Source: Terriglobales bacterium
GTDB taxonomy: Bacteria > Acidobacteriota > Terriglobia > Terriglobales > SCQP01
Length of the DNA stretch: 64,000 nt
Direction: 5' to 3'
Assembly: GCA_050745565.1 (NCBI GenBank)
Contig: JBOGKJ010000285.1
Coordinates: 2,149-66,148 of the forward strand
A program made the position numbers and the translations under genes. The notes below the pieces were generated by a model. It made no database searches. It had not been told where the DNA came from and saw nothing but the letters and a program-made list of their open reading frames with translations. Shown piece by piece: positions 10,300 to 20,257 of this stretch (position 1 is its first letter; every line of letters begins with the position of its first letter).

Positions 10300-10788
10300 C
10301 TAGTAGTGCAAGCCGGAGAGCAGCAGGTCGTTCAGGTTCACGCTCTTCCACTGGCCACGTTTGATTTCGGCGCGAATCTGGCCGGGCGTTTTACCCTTCT
10401 GCGTCTCCTGGTAGGCGAACACCCCCTCCATCATGCAGGTCTGGCAGATCGAGGCGTGGTCGTCGTTGAAGCAGCTCAGCAGGCTCTTGTGCTGGATCGC
10501 TTCCTTGTCGCAGCCGCAATAGCAGGGCTGCTTGTAAAGCACGCCGCGAATCTTGGCCGCCATGGCATAGGATGCCTGGACGCGGGGATCACGGAACTGA
10601 CTGGGGTTAAGCGTGGGCGGGAGCGCCTCCAACCCGCCCTTGGGCAGGGTGCGGTGATACGGCGGGGTGCCAATTTCACGAACCACCGGGGCGTTCTGGG
10701 AGGCCGGTGCGGGCGTGGCTTGTTGGGCTGCGGCGGCGAGCCCGGCCGCGAGCACGCCGGCCACAAACAGCGTACAGATCGGGCGCAT
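10300..10788 (-). CDS. secreted PCYCGC-motif protein (CYCXC family), function unknown
   Basis: 162 aa, signal peptide MRPICTLFVAGVLAAGLAAAA, motif KQPCYCGCDKE. Confidence 0.7.
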   Translation of the reverse strand: MRPICTLFVAGVLAAGLAAAAQQATPAPASQNAPVVREIGTPPYHRTLPKGGLEALPPTLNPSQFRDPRVQASYAMAAKIRGVLYKQPCYCGCDKEAIQHKSLLSCFNDDHASICQTCMMEGVFAYQETQKGKTPGQIRAEIKRGQWKSVNLNDLLLSGLHY

Positions 10789-10799
10789 AAGGCCATTGT

Positions 10800-11729
10800 A
10801 TGCTAGTCAGGCACTTGGCGTTGCGAGAACAACTGGAATATGCCCCGGTGTGGGCGGCGCTGCAGGCCATGGGGCGCCTGCCCCGGCCCTGCGCGCGCGG
10901 TTTGGGGCGCGCCGTAACCGGGAGTTTTTATTACGCCCACCGGCGGCTGGTGCGAGTTGGGCGGCGCAATCTCGAACTCGCCTATCCGCAATGGAGCGAG
11001 ACCCAGCGCGACCTGACCTTGCGGCGACTCTACACACATCTCGGGCGACTCATGGCCGAGTTCTGCATGATGCCCCGGTTGCGGCGCGAGCAGTTAGGCG
11101 AGTTCATGCCCACCATCGGGCTGCAACATTACCTCGAAGCGCGGGCGCGCGGACGGGGCGTGCTGATCCTCACGGCCCATCTCGGCGCATGGGAGCTGTC
11201 CAGTTTTGGCCATAGCCTCGCCGGCTACCCGATGCAGTTTGTGATTCGCCCGCTGGACAATCGGCCGCTCAACCGCCTGGTGAACCGCTACCGCGGCCTG
11301 CATGGGAACCGTCCGATTGAAAAGAACGTGTTCGCCCGCGGCTTGCTGGAAGCCATGGAGGCGGGCCAGACCGTCGGCATTCTGCTTGACCAGAATTCTT
11401 CGCCCCCGCAAGGGGTATTCGTGCCCTACTTTGGCATACCCGCCTGCACGGCCACCGGCCCGGCAAAGATCGCCCTGCGAACCGGCGCCGCCGTGGTGCC
11501 GGGCTTCACCGTCTGGGAACCGATGGAACGCCGCTACGTCCTTTACTTCGAGCCTGCTCTGACGTTGGAGCAGACTGGTGACGCCGAGCGCGACGTAGCC
11601 GCCCACACTGCCTTGTTTACCGCAACGATTGAAGCCTGGGTGCGGCGCTACCCGGACCAGTGGCTGTGGGTGCACCGGCGGTGGAAAACGCGCCCGGCGG
11701 GCGAGCCGTCGCTTTACGCGGGACTATGA
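10800..11729 (+). CDS. lipid A biosynthesis (Kdo2-lipid IVA) acyltransferase family protein
   Basis: 309 aa LpxL/HtrB-like: RNLELAYPQWS, LTAHLGAWEL (H-box), YPDQWLWVHRRWK. Confidence 0.8.
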   Translation: MLVRHLALREQLEYAPVWAALQAMGRLPRPCARGLGRAVTGSFYYAHRRLVRVGRRNLELAYPQWSETQRDLTLRRLYTHLGRLMAEFCMMPRLRREQLGEFMPTIGLQHYLEARARGRGVLILTAHLGAWELSSFGHSLAGYPMQFVIRPLDNRPLNRLVNRYRGLHGNRPIEKNVFARGLLEAMEAGQTVGILLDQNSSPPQGVFVPYFGIPACTATGPAKIALRTGAAVVPGFTVWEPMERRYVLYFEPALTLEQTGDAERDVAAHTALFTATIEAWVRRYPDQWLWVHRRWKTRPAGEPSLYAGL

Positions 11730-13378
11730 AGCGAGGCCTACTCATCGCCGCATGGTTGGCGCTCGCCTGGGTGATGCTCGGGCATGGGCTGGGCGCGCTG
11801 GGGCTGATCGGTCCGGACGAACCGCGCTACGCCGCCATTGCGGCCGCCATGTGGCGGCACCATGACTTTCTGACGCCGCGGCTGTGGGGCGCGACATGGC
11901 TGGAGAAGCCGGTGCTGCTGTACTGGCTGGCGGCGCTGGCCGATGGCTTGCTGGGCGTGGGCGCGGCCGCCTCGCGGCTGCCCAATGCGTTGCTGGCGGC
12001 GGCGCTGAGCGCGATGTTGGGATGGTTCCTGGCGCGGGTGCATTCGGCGCGCGCGGGCTGGCTGGCGGCGTTTCTGAGTCTGACGAGCGTATTCATCTTC
12101 GGCTTTGGGCGGGCCGCCACCACCGACATGACGCTGACCGCGCCGCTCACCGCCGCCATGGTCGCGCTCTATGTGTGGCAGCGGGACCGCCGCGAGCGCT
12201 GGCTGCTCGCCGCCGCGGCGGCGCTGGCGCTGGCGACGCTGGCGAAGGGTCCGGTGGCGCTGGCGCTGGCCGGACTCATCTGGCTGGGTTTTTGTTGGAG
12301 CCAGGGTGCATGGCGGCTCTTCCCCGCCCCGCTGCGGCCCGGGCCCATCGTGATATATGGCGCGATCGCGGCGCCCTGGTATGCCGCCATGGCGTGGGTG
12401 CATCCGGGGTTTTTTCGGACGTTTTTCCTGCAGCAGAACCTTGAACGCTTTGCCTCCAACCGTTATCAGCATCCGCAGCCGTTCTGGTTCTACGTGCCGG
12501 TGTTGCTGCTGGCGCTTGCGCCCTGGAGCGGATGGCTGGGGCTGCCGCTGCTCGATGGGCTGCGGCGTTGGCGGCGGCGGGGCTGGCGGCAATTGCTGCG
12601 CGGCCGCGATGCACCGCTCCCGCTCTACCTTTTTTGGTGGCTGGTGACGCCGCTGGTGTTTTTCTCGCTGGCGCAGTCGAAGCTGCCGGGCTATATTCTG
12701 CCGGCCGTGCCGGCCGCGGTGGCGCTGATCGCCGTAAGCGCGGACGCGAGTTGGGAGCAGTTGCCGCGCTGGCCACTGCTGATCAGCGCCGTGCTGGCCG
12801 GTCTGGTGCCCGGCGCCATCGTGCTGGCGCCAGCGTGGCTCACCGAGTCCGGCGCGCATGGGTCGTGGCCGCTGCTTTGGGCCGAGCCCTGGGCGTGGGT
12901 GCTGAGCGCGGCCGCCGTCGCCGCGATGTGCGTCCTCGCCTATCGGCGTCGGCCCGAAGGGGCCGGTCCGGCCGCGGCACTCGCAGCTACCTGCCTGCTG
13001 ATGGCCGGCGGCTTATACACGCTGACCCGACCTCCGTTGAGCCCTGTCCTGGACGCTGCTCTCAGCGGGCGCGGCCTGGCGCGGCAACTCACCACCGTCT
13101 GCGGCAGCGGACTGCCGGCTCACTGCGGCGCCGCACCGCTGTTTGACGCCGGCCTGAACCGCGGCCTGCTGTACGGCGCTCAGTTCGAGCTCGGCGGCGA
13201 ACTGAAGCCCTGGCCCGCGGCGGTGCCCGCGGGGGGCGCCTGGGTGGTGCTGGACCGCCGCGCGCTGGAGACGTTTTCGGCGGGCAAGCGCGTCAGCATG
13301 CCGCCGGGGGGGGAGCCGGCCGCAGCACGCTGGGTGCTGGTGCGAGTGGGGGGGAAGAAGGTGGGCAGTGGGAAGTGA
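11726..13378 (+). CDS. ArnT/PMT-like family 39 glycosyltransferase (polytopic)
   Basis: 550 aa from ATG 11726 (MKRGLLIAAWLALAW...). Contains GPDEPRYAAIA and LEKPVLLYWL motifs and more than 10 TM segments. The start overlaps the stop of the upstream acyltransferase. Confidence 0.8.
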   Translation: MKRGLLIAAWLALAWVMLGHGLGALGLIGPDEPRYAAIAAAMWRHHDFLTPRLWGATWLEKPVLLYWLAALADGLLGVGAAASRLPNALLAAALSAMLGWFLARVHSARAGWLAAFLSLTSVFIFGFGRAATTDMTLTAPLTAAMVALYVWQRDRRERWLLAAAAALALATLAKGPVALALAGLIWLGFCWSQGAWRLFPAPLRPGPIVIYGAIAAPWYAAMAWVHPGFFRTFFLQQNLERFASNRYQHPQPFWFYVPVLLLALAPWSGWLGLPLLDGLRRWRRRGWRQLLRGRDAPLPLYLFWWLVTPLVFFSLAQSKLPGYILPAVPAAVALIAVSADASWEQLPRWPLLISAVLAGLVPGAIVLAPAWLTESGAHGSWPLLWAEPWAWVLSAAAVAAMCVLAYRRRPEGAGPAAALAATCLLMAGGLYTLTRPPLSPVLDAALSGRGLARQLTTVCGSGLPAHCGAAPLFDAGLNRGLLYGAQFELGGELKPWPAAVPAGGAWVVLDRRALETFSAGKRVSMPPGGEPAAARWVLVRVGGKKVGSGK

Positions 13379-13407
13379 GAAGTGGGAGGGCGCGGCGGGG
13401 CGGCGGC
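13361..13407. repeat. heptamer tract (GTGGGAA-like x4) plus GC tail; left copy of direct repeat flanking the Sel1 gene
   Basis: GTGGGCA GTGGGAA GTGAGAA GTGGGAG GGCGCGGCGGGGCGGCGGC. The ArnT-like TGA stop lies inside it. Confidence 0.8.
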
Positions 13408-13424
13408 TGTGGCGGGCGGTAAGG

Positions 13425-14486
13425 TTAGTGGGAGGCGAAGGTGCCGTAGGAGAAAAGGTGCGGCGTCGGGTGGAAGGACTGAACTTGGTCGCGGGCGGCG
13501 TCCATCTGAGATGGGGTCAGGTGCTGGCGCAGGGAGGCGATGTGAGCATCGCAGATGTGGCTGCCCGGCTGTGACAGCGCCATCCAGGCGAACCCCCGCA
13601 CCGGGTCTCGCGGTACGCCGTGGCCGGAGGCATAAAGCTGGCCCAGCATGCATTGGGCGTCGTAGATGCCCTGCTGCGCGGCAAGGGTGAAGTAGTGAGC
13701 GGCACGGATCCAACTTGGAGCGTGCGGCCAGCCTTTGTCGAGCCCGCCGTAGAGAATGCCGAGATCGTAGGCAGCGTCGCCATGACCTTGCGCCGCCGCC
13801 AGTAGAAACCAATGCTCGGCACGCGCCAGATCCCGGCGCTCTCCCCGGCCATAGAGGTAGCGAATGCCCAGCCCGTCCTCGCCTACGGGTTCGCCCTGCA
13901 CCGCCGCCTTTTGAAACCATTGGGCGGCGAGGTGTTGATCCGGCTTCAGCCCAAAGCCCACGGCGTACATCCACCCGAGCTGGCTCTCGCAGCGGGCGTC
14001 ACCCAGCTTCGCCCCCTGTTCAAAGTAGGTAAGGGCGCGCCCGGTATCGGCGGCCACCGCGCCGCTGCCGTGCTCATAGACCATGCCCATGAGAAAATTC
14101 GCCACCGGCGCGCCGTCCATGGTCGCGCGCTGTAGATGCAGCAGACCGCGGGCGGCATCGGACGGAACGCCTTCGCCCAGCAAATAAATTCTGCCCAGCG
14201 CCATCTCCGCCCAGGCGCTTTTCGCCTGGGCCGCCTGGCGACATTGAACCAGGGCCTGAGCTGCCGAAGCGGCTTGCCCGACGCCATACGCGGCCGACAG
14301 GCACCGCGCCGTGTCCTCACCCAGACTTGCGGGGGTTGCCTGCAGTTGGCGCAGCGCTGGCGTTGCCGCGTCGCGGAAGGCGGCGGCCATGCGACTCCAG
14401 AGCATGATCGTGCCCACCGACTGCGCCGGGGCGGCCGCGGTGGCGAGCAATAGCGTGCCGACAACAAACAGCAATCCGCGGCGCAT
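13425..14486 (-). CDS. Sel1-repeat (TPR-like) secreted protein
   Basis: 353 aa from ATG 14486 (MRRGLLFVVGTLLLATAAAPAQS). Multiple Sel1 units such as A..WF.KAA.QG...A...LG..Y..G.G...D...A..W. Confidence 0.85.
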   Translation of the reverse strand: MRRGLLFVVGTLLLATAAAPAQSVGTIMLWSRMAAAFRDAATPALRQLQATPASLGEDTARCLSAAYGVGQAASAAQALVQCRQAAQAKSAWAEMALGRIYLLGEGVPSDAARGLLHLQRATMDGAPVANFLMGMVYEHGSGAVAADTGRALTYFEQGAKLGDARCESQLGWMYAVGFGLKPDQHLAAQWFQKAAVQGEPVGEDGLGIRYLYGRGERRDLARAEHWFLLAAAQGHGDAAYDLGILYGGLDKGWPHAPSWIRAAHYFTLAAQQGIYDAQCMLGQLYASGHGVPRDPVRGFAWMALSQPGSHICDAHIASLRQHLTPSQMDAARDQVQSFHPTPHLFSYGTFASH

Positions 14487-14495
14487 AAGCGGATG

Positions 14496-14547
14496 GTAGC
14501 AAGTGGGGAGTGGGAAGTGGGAGGGCGCGGCGACGCGGCGGCGCGGC
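14496..14547. repeat. heptamer tract (GTGGGAA-like x4) plus GC tail; right copy of direct repeat
   Basis: GTAGCAA GTGGGGA GTGGGAA GTGGGAG GGCGCGGCGACGCGGCGGC. 37/41 identical to the left copy in a hand alignment. Confidence 0.8.
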
Positions 14548-14555
14548 GCTGGCAA

Positions 14556-15188
14556 TTATTTCTGCAGGAAGGGGTTGGTGGCACGCTCGTGGCCGATGGT
14601 GGTCTCGGTGCCGTGGCCGGGGATCACTCGCGTGTTGTCGGGCAACATCAACAGCGTGCCCCGGATGGATTCCAGAATCGCGACATAATCGCCACCGGGT
14701 AAATCGGTGCGGCCGATGGAGCCGGCAAACAGCGTGTCGCCGGCAAATAATTTGCCCTCCCCGGGCAAGTAGAGGCAGATGCTGCCTTCGGTGTGTCCGG
14801 GCGTTTCCAGCACCTCCAGGCGGTGGTCGCCCAGCCGCAGCGAGGACCGGGAATCCAACCCGGCATCGATGGCGACCATCTCCGGCGTAGGCATGCCGAT
14901 CCACTGCGCCTGGGAGGCGAGGGTGCCATAAAGCGCCATGTCGCGCGGGTTCAGCCACACCGGGGCTCCTGTGCGCCGCTTCAGCTCGGCGGCGCCGCCG
15001 ATGTGGTCAATGTGGGCGTGGGTGACGACGATGGCGATCAACTGCCACCCCCGGGATTCCAACTGCTGGCAGATGGAGGCGACTTCCGCGCCCGGGTCCA
15101 GCACCAGGGCGGTGCGGCTGCCATCATCGCCGAGGATGGTGCAGTTGCAGGCGAGCGGGCCGACCGGAAACGTAATCTGCCGCAGCAA
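14556..15188 (-). CDS. MBL-fold metallo-hydrolase (GloB-like)
   Basis: 210 aa with THAHIDHIGG (HxHxDH), TPGHTEGS and GDTLFAGSIGRTD. Confidence 0.85.
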   Translation of the reverse strand: MLRQITFPVGPLACNCTILGDDGSRTALVLDPGAEVASICQQLESRGWQLIAIVVTHAHIDHIGGAAELKRRTGAPVWLNPRDMALYGTLASQAQWIGMPTPEMVAIDAGLDSRSSLRLGDHRLEVLETPGHTEGSICLYLPGEGKLFAGDTLFAGSIGRTDLPGGDYVAILESIRGTLLMLPDNTRVIPGHGTETTIGHERATNPFLQK

Positions 15189-15192
15189 CGCG

Positions 15193-15501
15193 CTAGTTCT
15201 TCGGCGTCTGCGGGACGGTGTGGCTGGCCGGGGCGGGCGCGGCGCCCAGGATCGAGCTGGCGTTGGGGCGCGAACTGGCGGAAATGATGGCGAGCGTGAT
15301 GCTGGTCAGCAGGAACAGCACGGCACACACGATGGTGGCCTTGCCGAGCGCGGTCTGCGCGCCGCGCGGGCCAAAGGCGGTCTGGCTGCCCATGCCGCCA
15401 AAGGCGCTGGCGATGTCGCCGGCCTTGCCGCTCTGCAGCAGGATGACGGTGATCAGAAAGAAGCAAACCAGAATGTGCAGCGTCGTGATGAGAAAGCCCA
15501 C
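15193..15501 (-). CDS. secG: preprotein translocase subunit SecG
   Basis: 102 aa from GTG 15501: (M)[35 protein letters not shown]... Lies downstream of tpiA. The 134-aa ORF-track entry over-extends into tRNA-Leu. Confidence 0.8.
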   Translation of the reverse strand: MGFLITTLHILVCFFLITVILLQSGKAGDIASAFGGMGSQTAFGPRGAQTALGKATIVCAVLFLLTSITLAIISASSRPNASSILGAAPAPASHTVPQTPKN

Positions 15502-15552
15502 TGTGCGTCCTTGGAACCGACCCTGGCCGGGAAATGGAACTACTAAAACTGA

Positions 15553-15637
15553 TGGTGCGGAAGGCGGGACTCGAACCCGCATGCCTTGCGGCGCCACCCC
15601 CTCAAGATGGTGTGTCTGCCAGTTTCACCACTTCCGC
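15553..15637 (-). tRNA. tRNA-Leu (anticodon GAG), long variable arm, CCA encoded
   Basis: Minus-strand read GCGGAAGTGGTGAAACTGGCAGACACACCATCTTGAGGGGGTGGCGCCGCAAGGCATGCGGGTTCGAGTCCCGCCTTCCGCACCA. Anticodon stem CCATC/GGTGG, loop TTGAGGG. Confidence 0.9.
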
Positions 15638-15660
15638 TGGACAGCCTAGTATAACAGGGC

Positions 15661-16424
15661 TCAACTGGCGGCGCGGATAAGGGCGGCGAAGCTGTCTGGC
15701 TCCAGGCTGGCGCCGCCGATCAGGCCTCCATCCACGTCCGGTTGTTCGAACAGGGCGCGGGCGTTGGCGGGCTTCACGCTGCCTCCATAGAGGATGGAGA
15801 AGCCGGCGGCCGCCTCGGCGCCGAAGATGTCGGTGGCGCAGCGCCGCAGAAAGCGGAGGGCGCCCTCGGCCACCTCCGGGGTGGCCGTGTTGCCGGTTCC
15901 AACCGCCCACACCGGCTCATAGGCGAGCACGGAGCGCCGCAGCTCCTCGGCCTCCATCCCCCAGAAGGCGCGCTCGAACTGGTAGCGCAGGATGATCTCG
16001 GTTTCGTTGCTGGCGCGCTGATCATGGGTTTCGCCGACGCAGACGATGGGGGTGAGGCCGGCATCCAGGGCGGCACGCACTTTCTTATGCACCGTTTCAT
16101 CGGTTTCCCCGAAAAACTGGCGGCGCTCGGAATGGCCGACGATCACGTAGGTGCAGCCGGCCGCGGCCAGCATGGGGGCGGAGACCTCGCCGGTCAAGGC
16201 GCCCTCCGGCTCCCAGTGCAGGTTCTGGCCGGCAATGGCGATGTCGTGGCCGTGCGCGGCCTCGACCGCGGCCGCGAGCGAGGGGAACGGCGGCGCGACC
16301 ACCACGAAACAGCGGCCGTTGTCGGCAGGGGCGCGCTCGCGCAGCCGCGAGAAGAAAGCCGCGGTGTCGGCGGCGTTCTTATGCATCTTCCAGTTGGCCA
16401 CCATCATGGCGCGGGGTTTGGCCC

Positions 16425-16428
<4 letters not shown>
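15661..16428 (-). CDS. tpiA: triosephosphate isomerase
   Basis: 255 aa with VANWKMH, VIVGHSERR and AYEPVWAVGTG. ATGA overlap with the pgk stop. Confidence 0.95.
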
Positions 16429-17582
<1,154 letters not shown>

Positions 17583-17631
17583 GCTAGTGTCCCGCCTCAG
17601 ATATATATCGCATCTGAAAACTACCTCGCAT

Positions 17632-17656
17632 GCGGCTTTTCGCCAGGAAAAGCCGC
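17632..17656 (-). other. perfect 10-bp hairpin in the gap-pgk intercistronic spacer
   Basis: GCGGCTTTTC-gccag-GAAAAGCCGC, with no following U tract on either strand. Confidence 0.5.
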
Positions 17657-17699
17657 TTGCCCATGCCCGGAATGCTTCGCCTTCCTCTGAGATCGGACA

Positions 17700-18707
17700 C
17701 TATATTCCCTTTTGCGCCAGCAGGACCAGCAGGTCGCGCATGCGGCAACTGTAGCCCCACTCGTTGTCGTACCAGGCGATCACCTTGACGCAGCGTTCCG
17801 CCACCACGCGCGTAAGTTTGGCGTCGACGATGGCCGAGCGCTCATCGCCGCGGAAATCCGACGACACCAACTCGTCGTCCTCGACCCCCAGGATGCCGCG
17901 CATGCCGCCGGCCGCCGCCTCCCGAAACGCCGCATTAACCGCCTCGGCGCTGGCCGGGCGCTCCACCCACACGACCAGGTCCACGACCGACACGTCGGCA
18001 GTGGGGACGCGCAGGGAGAAGCCGTCCAGTTTGCCTTTCAGTTCGGGAATCACCAGGTGCAGGGCCTTGGCCGCGCCGGTCGAGGTCGGGATCAGGTTGA
18101 TGGCCGCCGCCCGCGCCCTTCGCTTATCCTTATGGGGCAAGTCCAGCAGGCGCTGGTCGTTGGTATAGGAATGCACCGTCGTCATGGCGCCGGCGACAAT
18201 GCTGAAGGTGTCCTGCAGCACCTTGGCCACCGGTGCGAGGCAGTTGGTGGTGCAACTGGCGTTGGAGATGATGCGATGCCGCGCTCGGTCATAGTCTTGA
18301 TCGTTGACCCCAAGCACGACGGTCCAATCGGCATCGTTGGCCGGAGCGGAAATGATGACTTTTTTGACGCCGCCGTGCAGGTGCTGCCCGGCACCCTGGG
18401 CGTTGGCGAACCTGCCGCTGCACTCGAACACCACCTCGGCTCCAACCGCATCCCAGTCCAGCTTGGCGGGATCGGGCTGCGACCAGACCGGCACCAGCCG
18501 CCCATTGACCTCGATGGCTTGGTCGGTGGAGCGGACCTCGGCGTTCAGGCGGCCCAGGATGGAGTCATACTGCAACAAATGGGCCAACATCGCCGGCGGG
18601 GTGATGTCGTTGACCGCCACGATCTCGAAATGCGGATTGCCGAGCGAGGCCCGAAAAAAATTGCGGCCGATCCGTCCGAAACCATTGATCCCGACCCGCA
18701 GTGCCAT
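17700..18707 (-). CDS. gap: type I glyceraldehyde-3-phosphate dehydrogenase
   Basis: 335 aa from ATG 18707 (MALRVGINGFGRIGRNF...), active site SNASCTTNC, GGGGAGG SD 8 nt upstream. The 471-aa ORF-track entry is over-extended. Confidence 0.95.
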   Translation of the reverse strand: MALRVGINGFGRIGRNFFRASLGNPHFEIVAVNDITPPAMLAHLLQYDSILGRLNAEVRSTDQAIEVNGRLVPVWSQPDPAKLDWDAVGAEVVFECSGRFANAQGAGQHLHGGVKKVIISAPANDADWTVVLGVNDQDYDRARHRIISNASCTTNCLAPVAKVLQDTFSIVAGAMTTVHSYTNDQRLLDLPHKDKRRARAAAINLIPTSTGAAKALHLVIPELKGKLDGFSLRVPTADVSVVDLVVWVERPASAEAVNAAFREAAAGGMRGILGVEDDELVSSDFRGDERSAIVDAKLTRVVAERCVKVIAWYDNEWGYSCRMRDLLVLLAQKGI

Positions 18708-18725
18708 GTCTTGCGCCTCCCCAAC

Positions 18726-19550
18726 ATGGTAACGGAAATTCAGATGCCTTCGGGCGCCCGGCCGGCCGCGCCCGCCCGAGGTGCCGCCGCGCTTCCGCAC
18801 TTCGCCGCAACGCTGGCGGTCGCGTATGCCGGCGTGGACGGGGAACGCTGGTGGCCGGGAGGCGGCGGCTTTGAGGTGATGGTGGGCGCGCTGCTGGTGC
18901 AAAACACCGCCTGGAACAATGCCGCCAAAGCGCTCGCCGCCTTGCGCCGCGCCGGGCGGCTCTCGCCGCACCGGATTGCCGAACTGAGCGAGGCCGAATT
19001 GGGCGCGCTTATCCGCAGTTCGGGATGCTGGCGGCAAAAGGCGCGGCGGCTGCGGGCGCTGGCGGCGTGGCTGGTGACCGGTTACGGCGGCAGCGTGGAG
19101 CGGCTGTTCGCCCAACCGGCGGCGACGGTGCGCGCGCTGCTACTTGAGCGCGAAGGGGTCGGGGAGGAGACGGCCGATACCATGTTGCTCTATGCCGGCA
19201 GCCATCCGCGCCTGATCGTGGATAGCTACATGCGGCGGCTGCTCGAGCGGCATGGCATCCGCAGCCCGCGCGAGCGATTGGAGCGCTCGGTGCCTCGGCA
19301 GGCGGTCTGGTTGCGGCGCTGGCACGCACTGGTGGTTGAGAACGGGAAGCGTTACTGTCACCGCCGCGAACCGGACTGCCACGCCTGCCCGCTGGGACCG
19401 CTGCTAGCCCGCATCCCTTCCCGCCAGGGGGCGCGGTCAATGCCGGCGCCGGGCCCAGCGCGTGCAGGGCTGAGACGCTCCCAGCGTCGTCCCCATATGG
19501 TGCAGGGGGTTCGAACCCCCGCGGGACCCGAACGGCGGGGACTCCCGTGA
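18726..19550 (+). CDS. endonuclease III-related HhH-GPD DNA glycosylase-like protein
   Basis: C-terminal third of the 612-aa ORF-track entry: FEVMVGALLVQNTAWNNA...EGVGEETADTMLLYA...CHRREPDCHACPL. The start may be ATG 18744. The last ~35 codons run into a family-B repeat fragment. Confidence 0.7.
   Translation: MVTEIQMPSGARPAAPARGAAALPHFAATLAVAYAGVDGERWWPGGGGFEVMVGALLVQNTAWNNAAKALAALRRAGRLSPHRIAELSEAELGALIRSSGCWRQKARRLRALAAWLVTGYGGSVERLFAQPAATVRALLLEREGVGEETADTMLLYAGSHPRLIVDSYMRRLLERHGIRSPRERLERSVPRQAVWLRRWHALVVENGKRYCHRREPDCHACPLGPLLARIPSRQGARSMPAPGPARAGLRRSQRRPHMVQGVRTPAGPERRGLP
19435..19490. repeat. partial copy of repeat family B (5' portion)
   Basis: GGTCAATGCCGGCGCCGGGCCC...GCTGAGACGCTCCCAGCG matches AGTCAATTGACGGGCGCGGGCCC...GCTGAGACGCTCGCAGCG at 35671-35725 by eye. 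Confidence 0.55.
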
Positions 19551-19654
19551 GCCCCCGCCCAGCCCGGCGGCTAACGTGGCACTGCCACGTCAACTTGGGG
19601 CCGCGCCAACTTCTTTTCCCGGGAGCCCAAACGCGTGCGTTTGCCCCTTCGGAA

Positions 19655-19800
19655 TGCGGCGCGGCCGCCCTTTTCCGGACGCCCTCCCGCTGCCACCCCG
19701 GCAGCGCACTGGGAGCCCTCGTCGGGCTGCGACCGAAATTCACTTGGCGGCGACACGCGTCCGCTCTGCTCAGGGCGAGTCCCAGTTGCCTCGATACGAC
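19655..19800. repeat. dispersed repeat family A, copy A3
   Basis: TGCGGCGCGGCCGCCCTTTTCCGGACGCCCTCCCGCTGCCACCCCGGC...GGGCTGCGACCGAA...CCCAGTTGCCTCGATACGAC. Confidence 0.75.
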
Positions 19801-19843
19801 CGCCCCGGCATGCGGGCATGCCTGGAGCCCCGGTTCGCTGCCC

Positions 19844-20160
19844 ATTGACGGGCGCGGGCCCCTGCCCGGCTGCGCCGTGCCCGCACTCGAAGGGCTGTGG
19901 AGCACCGGCCCGGGGCCCGGTGAGCCCAAGCCGGCGCGAGCCTCGCGGGGCCGCGCCGCTTCTTTTATCGGGAGCGGTGAAAGCGCTACCGGCGCTTTCA
20001 CCCCGTTGGAATTCCGCGGCCCTTCGCGCCGATTTTGCCCACGGTGCAAACGGCGCGACTCCCGCGATTCGCGCCTACCTTACGCCGGGCGCATGGGGCG
20101 CGAACTCCGCGAGCGGGAAGGCCGCGGCACACCGGAGAAAATGGGCGGTGCGGGTCTCCC
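19844..20160. repeat. dispersed repeat family B, copy B1 (with ~60-nt internal insertion relative to B2)
   Basis: ATTGACGGGCGCGGGCCCCTGCCC...GCCCGCACTCGAAGGGCTGTGGAGC.CCGGCCCGGGGCCCGGTGAGCCCAAG...GGTGAAAGCGC-loop-GCGCTTTCACC...GAATTCCGCGGCCCTTCGCGCCGATTTTGCCC; near-identical blocks are shared with 35676-35955. Confidence 0.8.
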
Positions 20161-20257
20161 TTGCCGATGCCCGGGCGTGGGCAGGAGCGGCGGAGCCGGG
20201 AAGTACCGGGCCGCCGATTGTACTTGTCTGGCGCGCCAGGCCGCGAACCGCAAGAGC

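Noticed and set aside
19495-19535. tRNA-like 3' end on the minus strand (GGGGGTTCGAACCCCCTGCACCA), which could mark a tRNA gene or an integrase att remnant.
   Set aside because: The T-loop has 6 nt rather than 7. The supposed acceptor strand overlaps the T-stem. No D-arm or anticodon arm can be folded upstream. The stretch lies inside the tail of the EndoIII-like ORF and the repeat nest. Treated as chance or repeat-derived.
19577-19592. TGGCAC hexamer as a sigma54 -24 box upstream of ntrY.
   Set aside because: No TTGC-like -12 element follows at the required distance (CGTC is found instead). The hexamer is one arm of a perfect palindrome reported separately.
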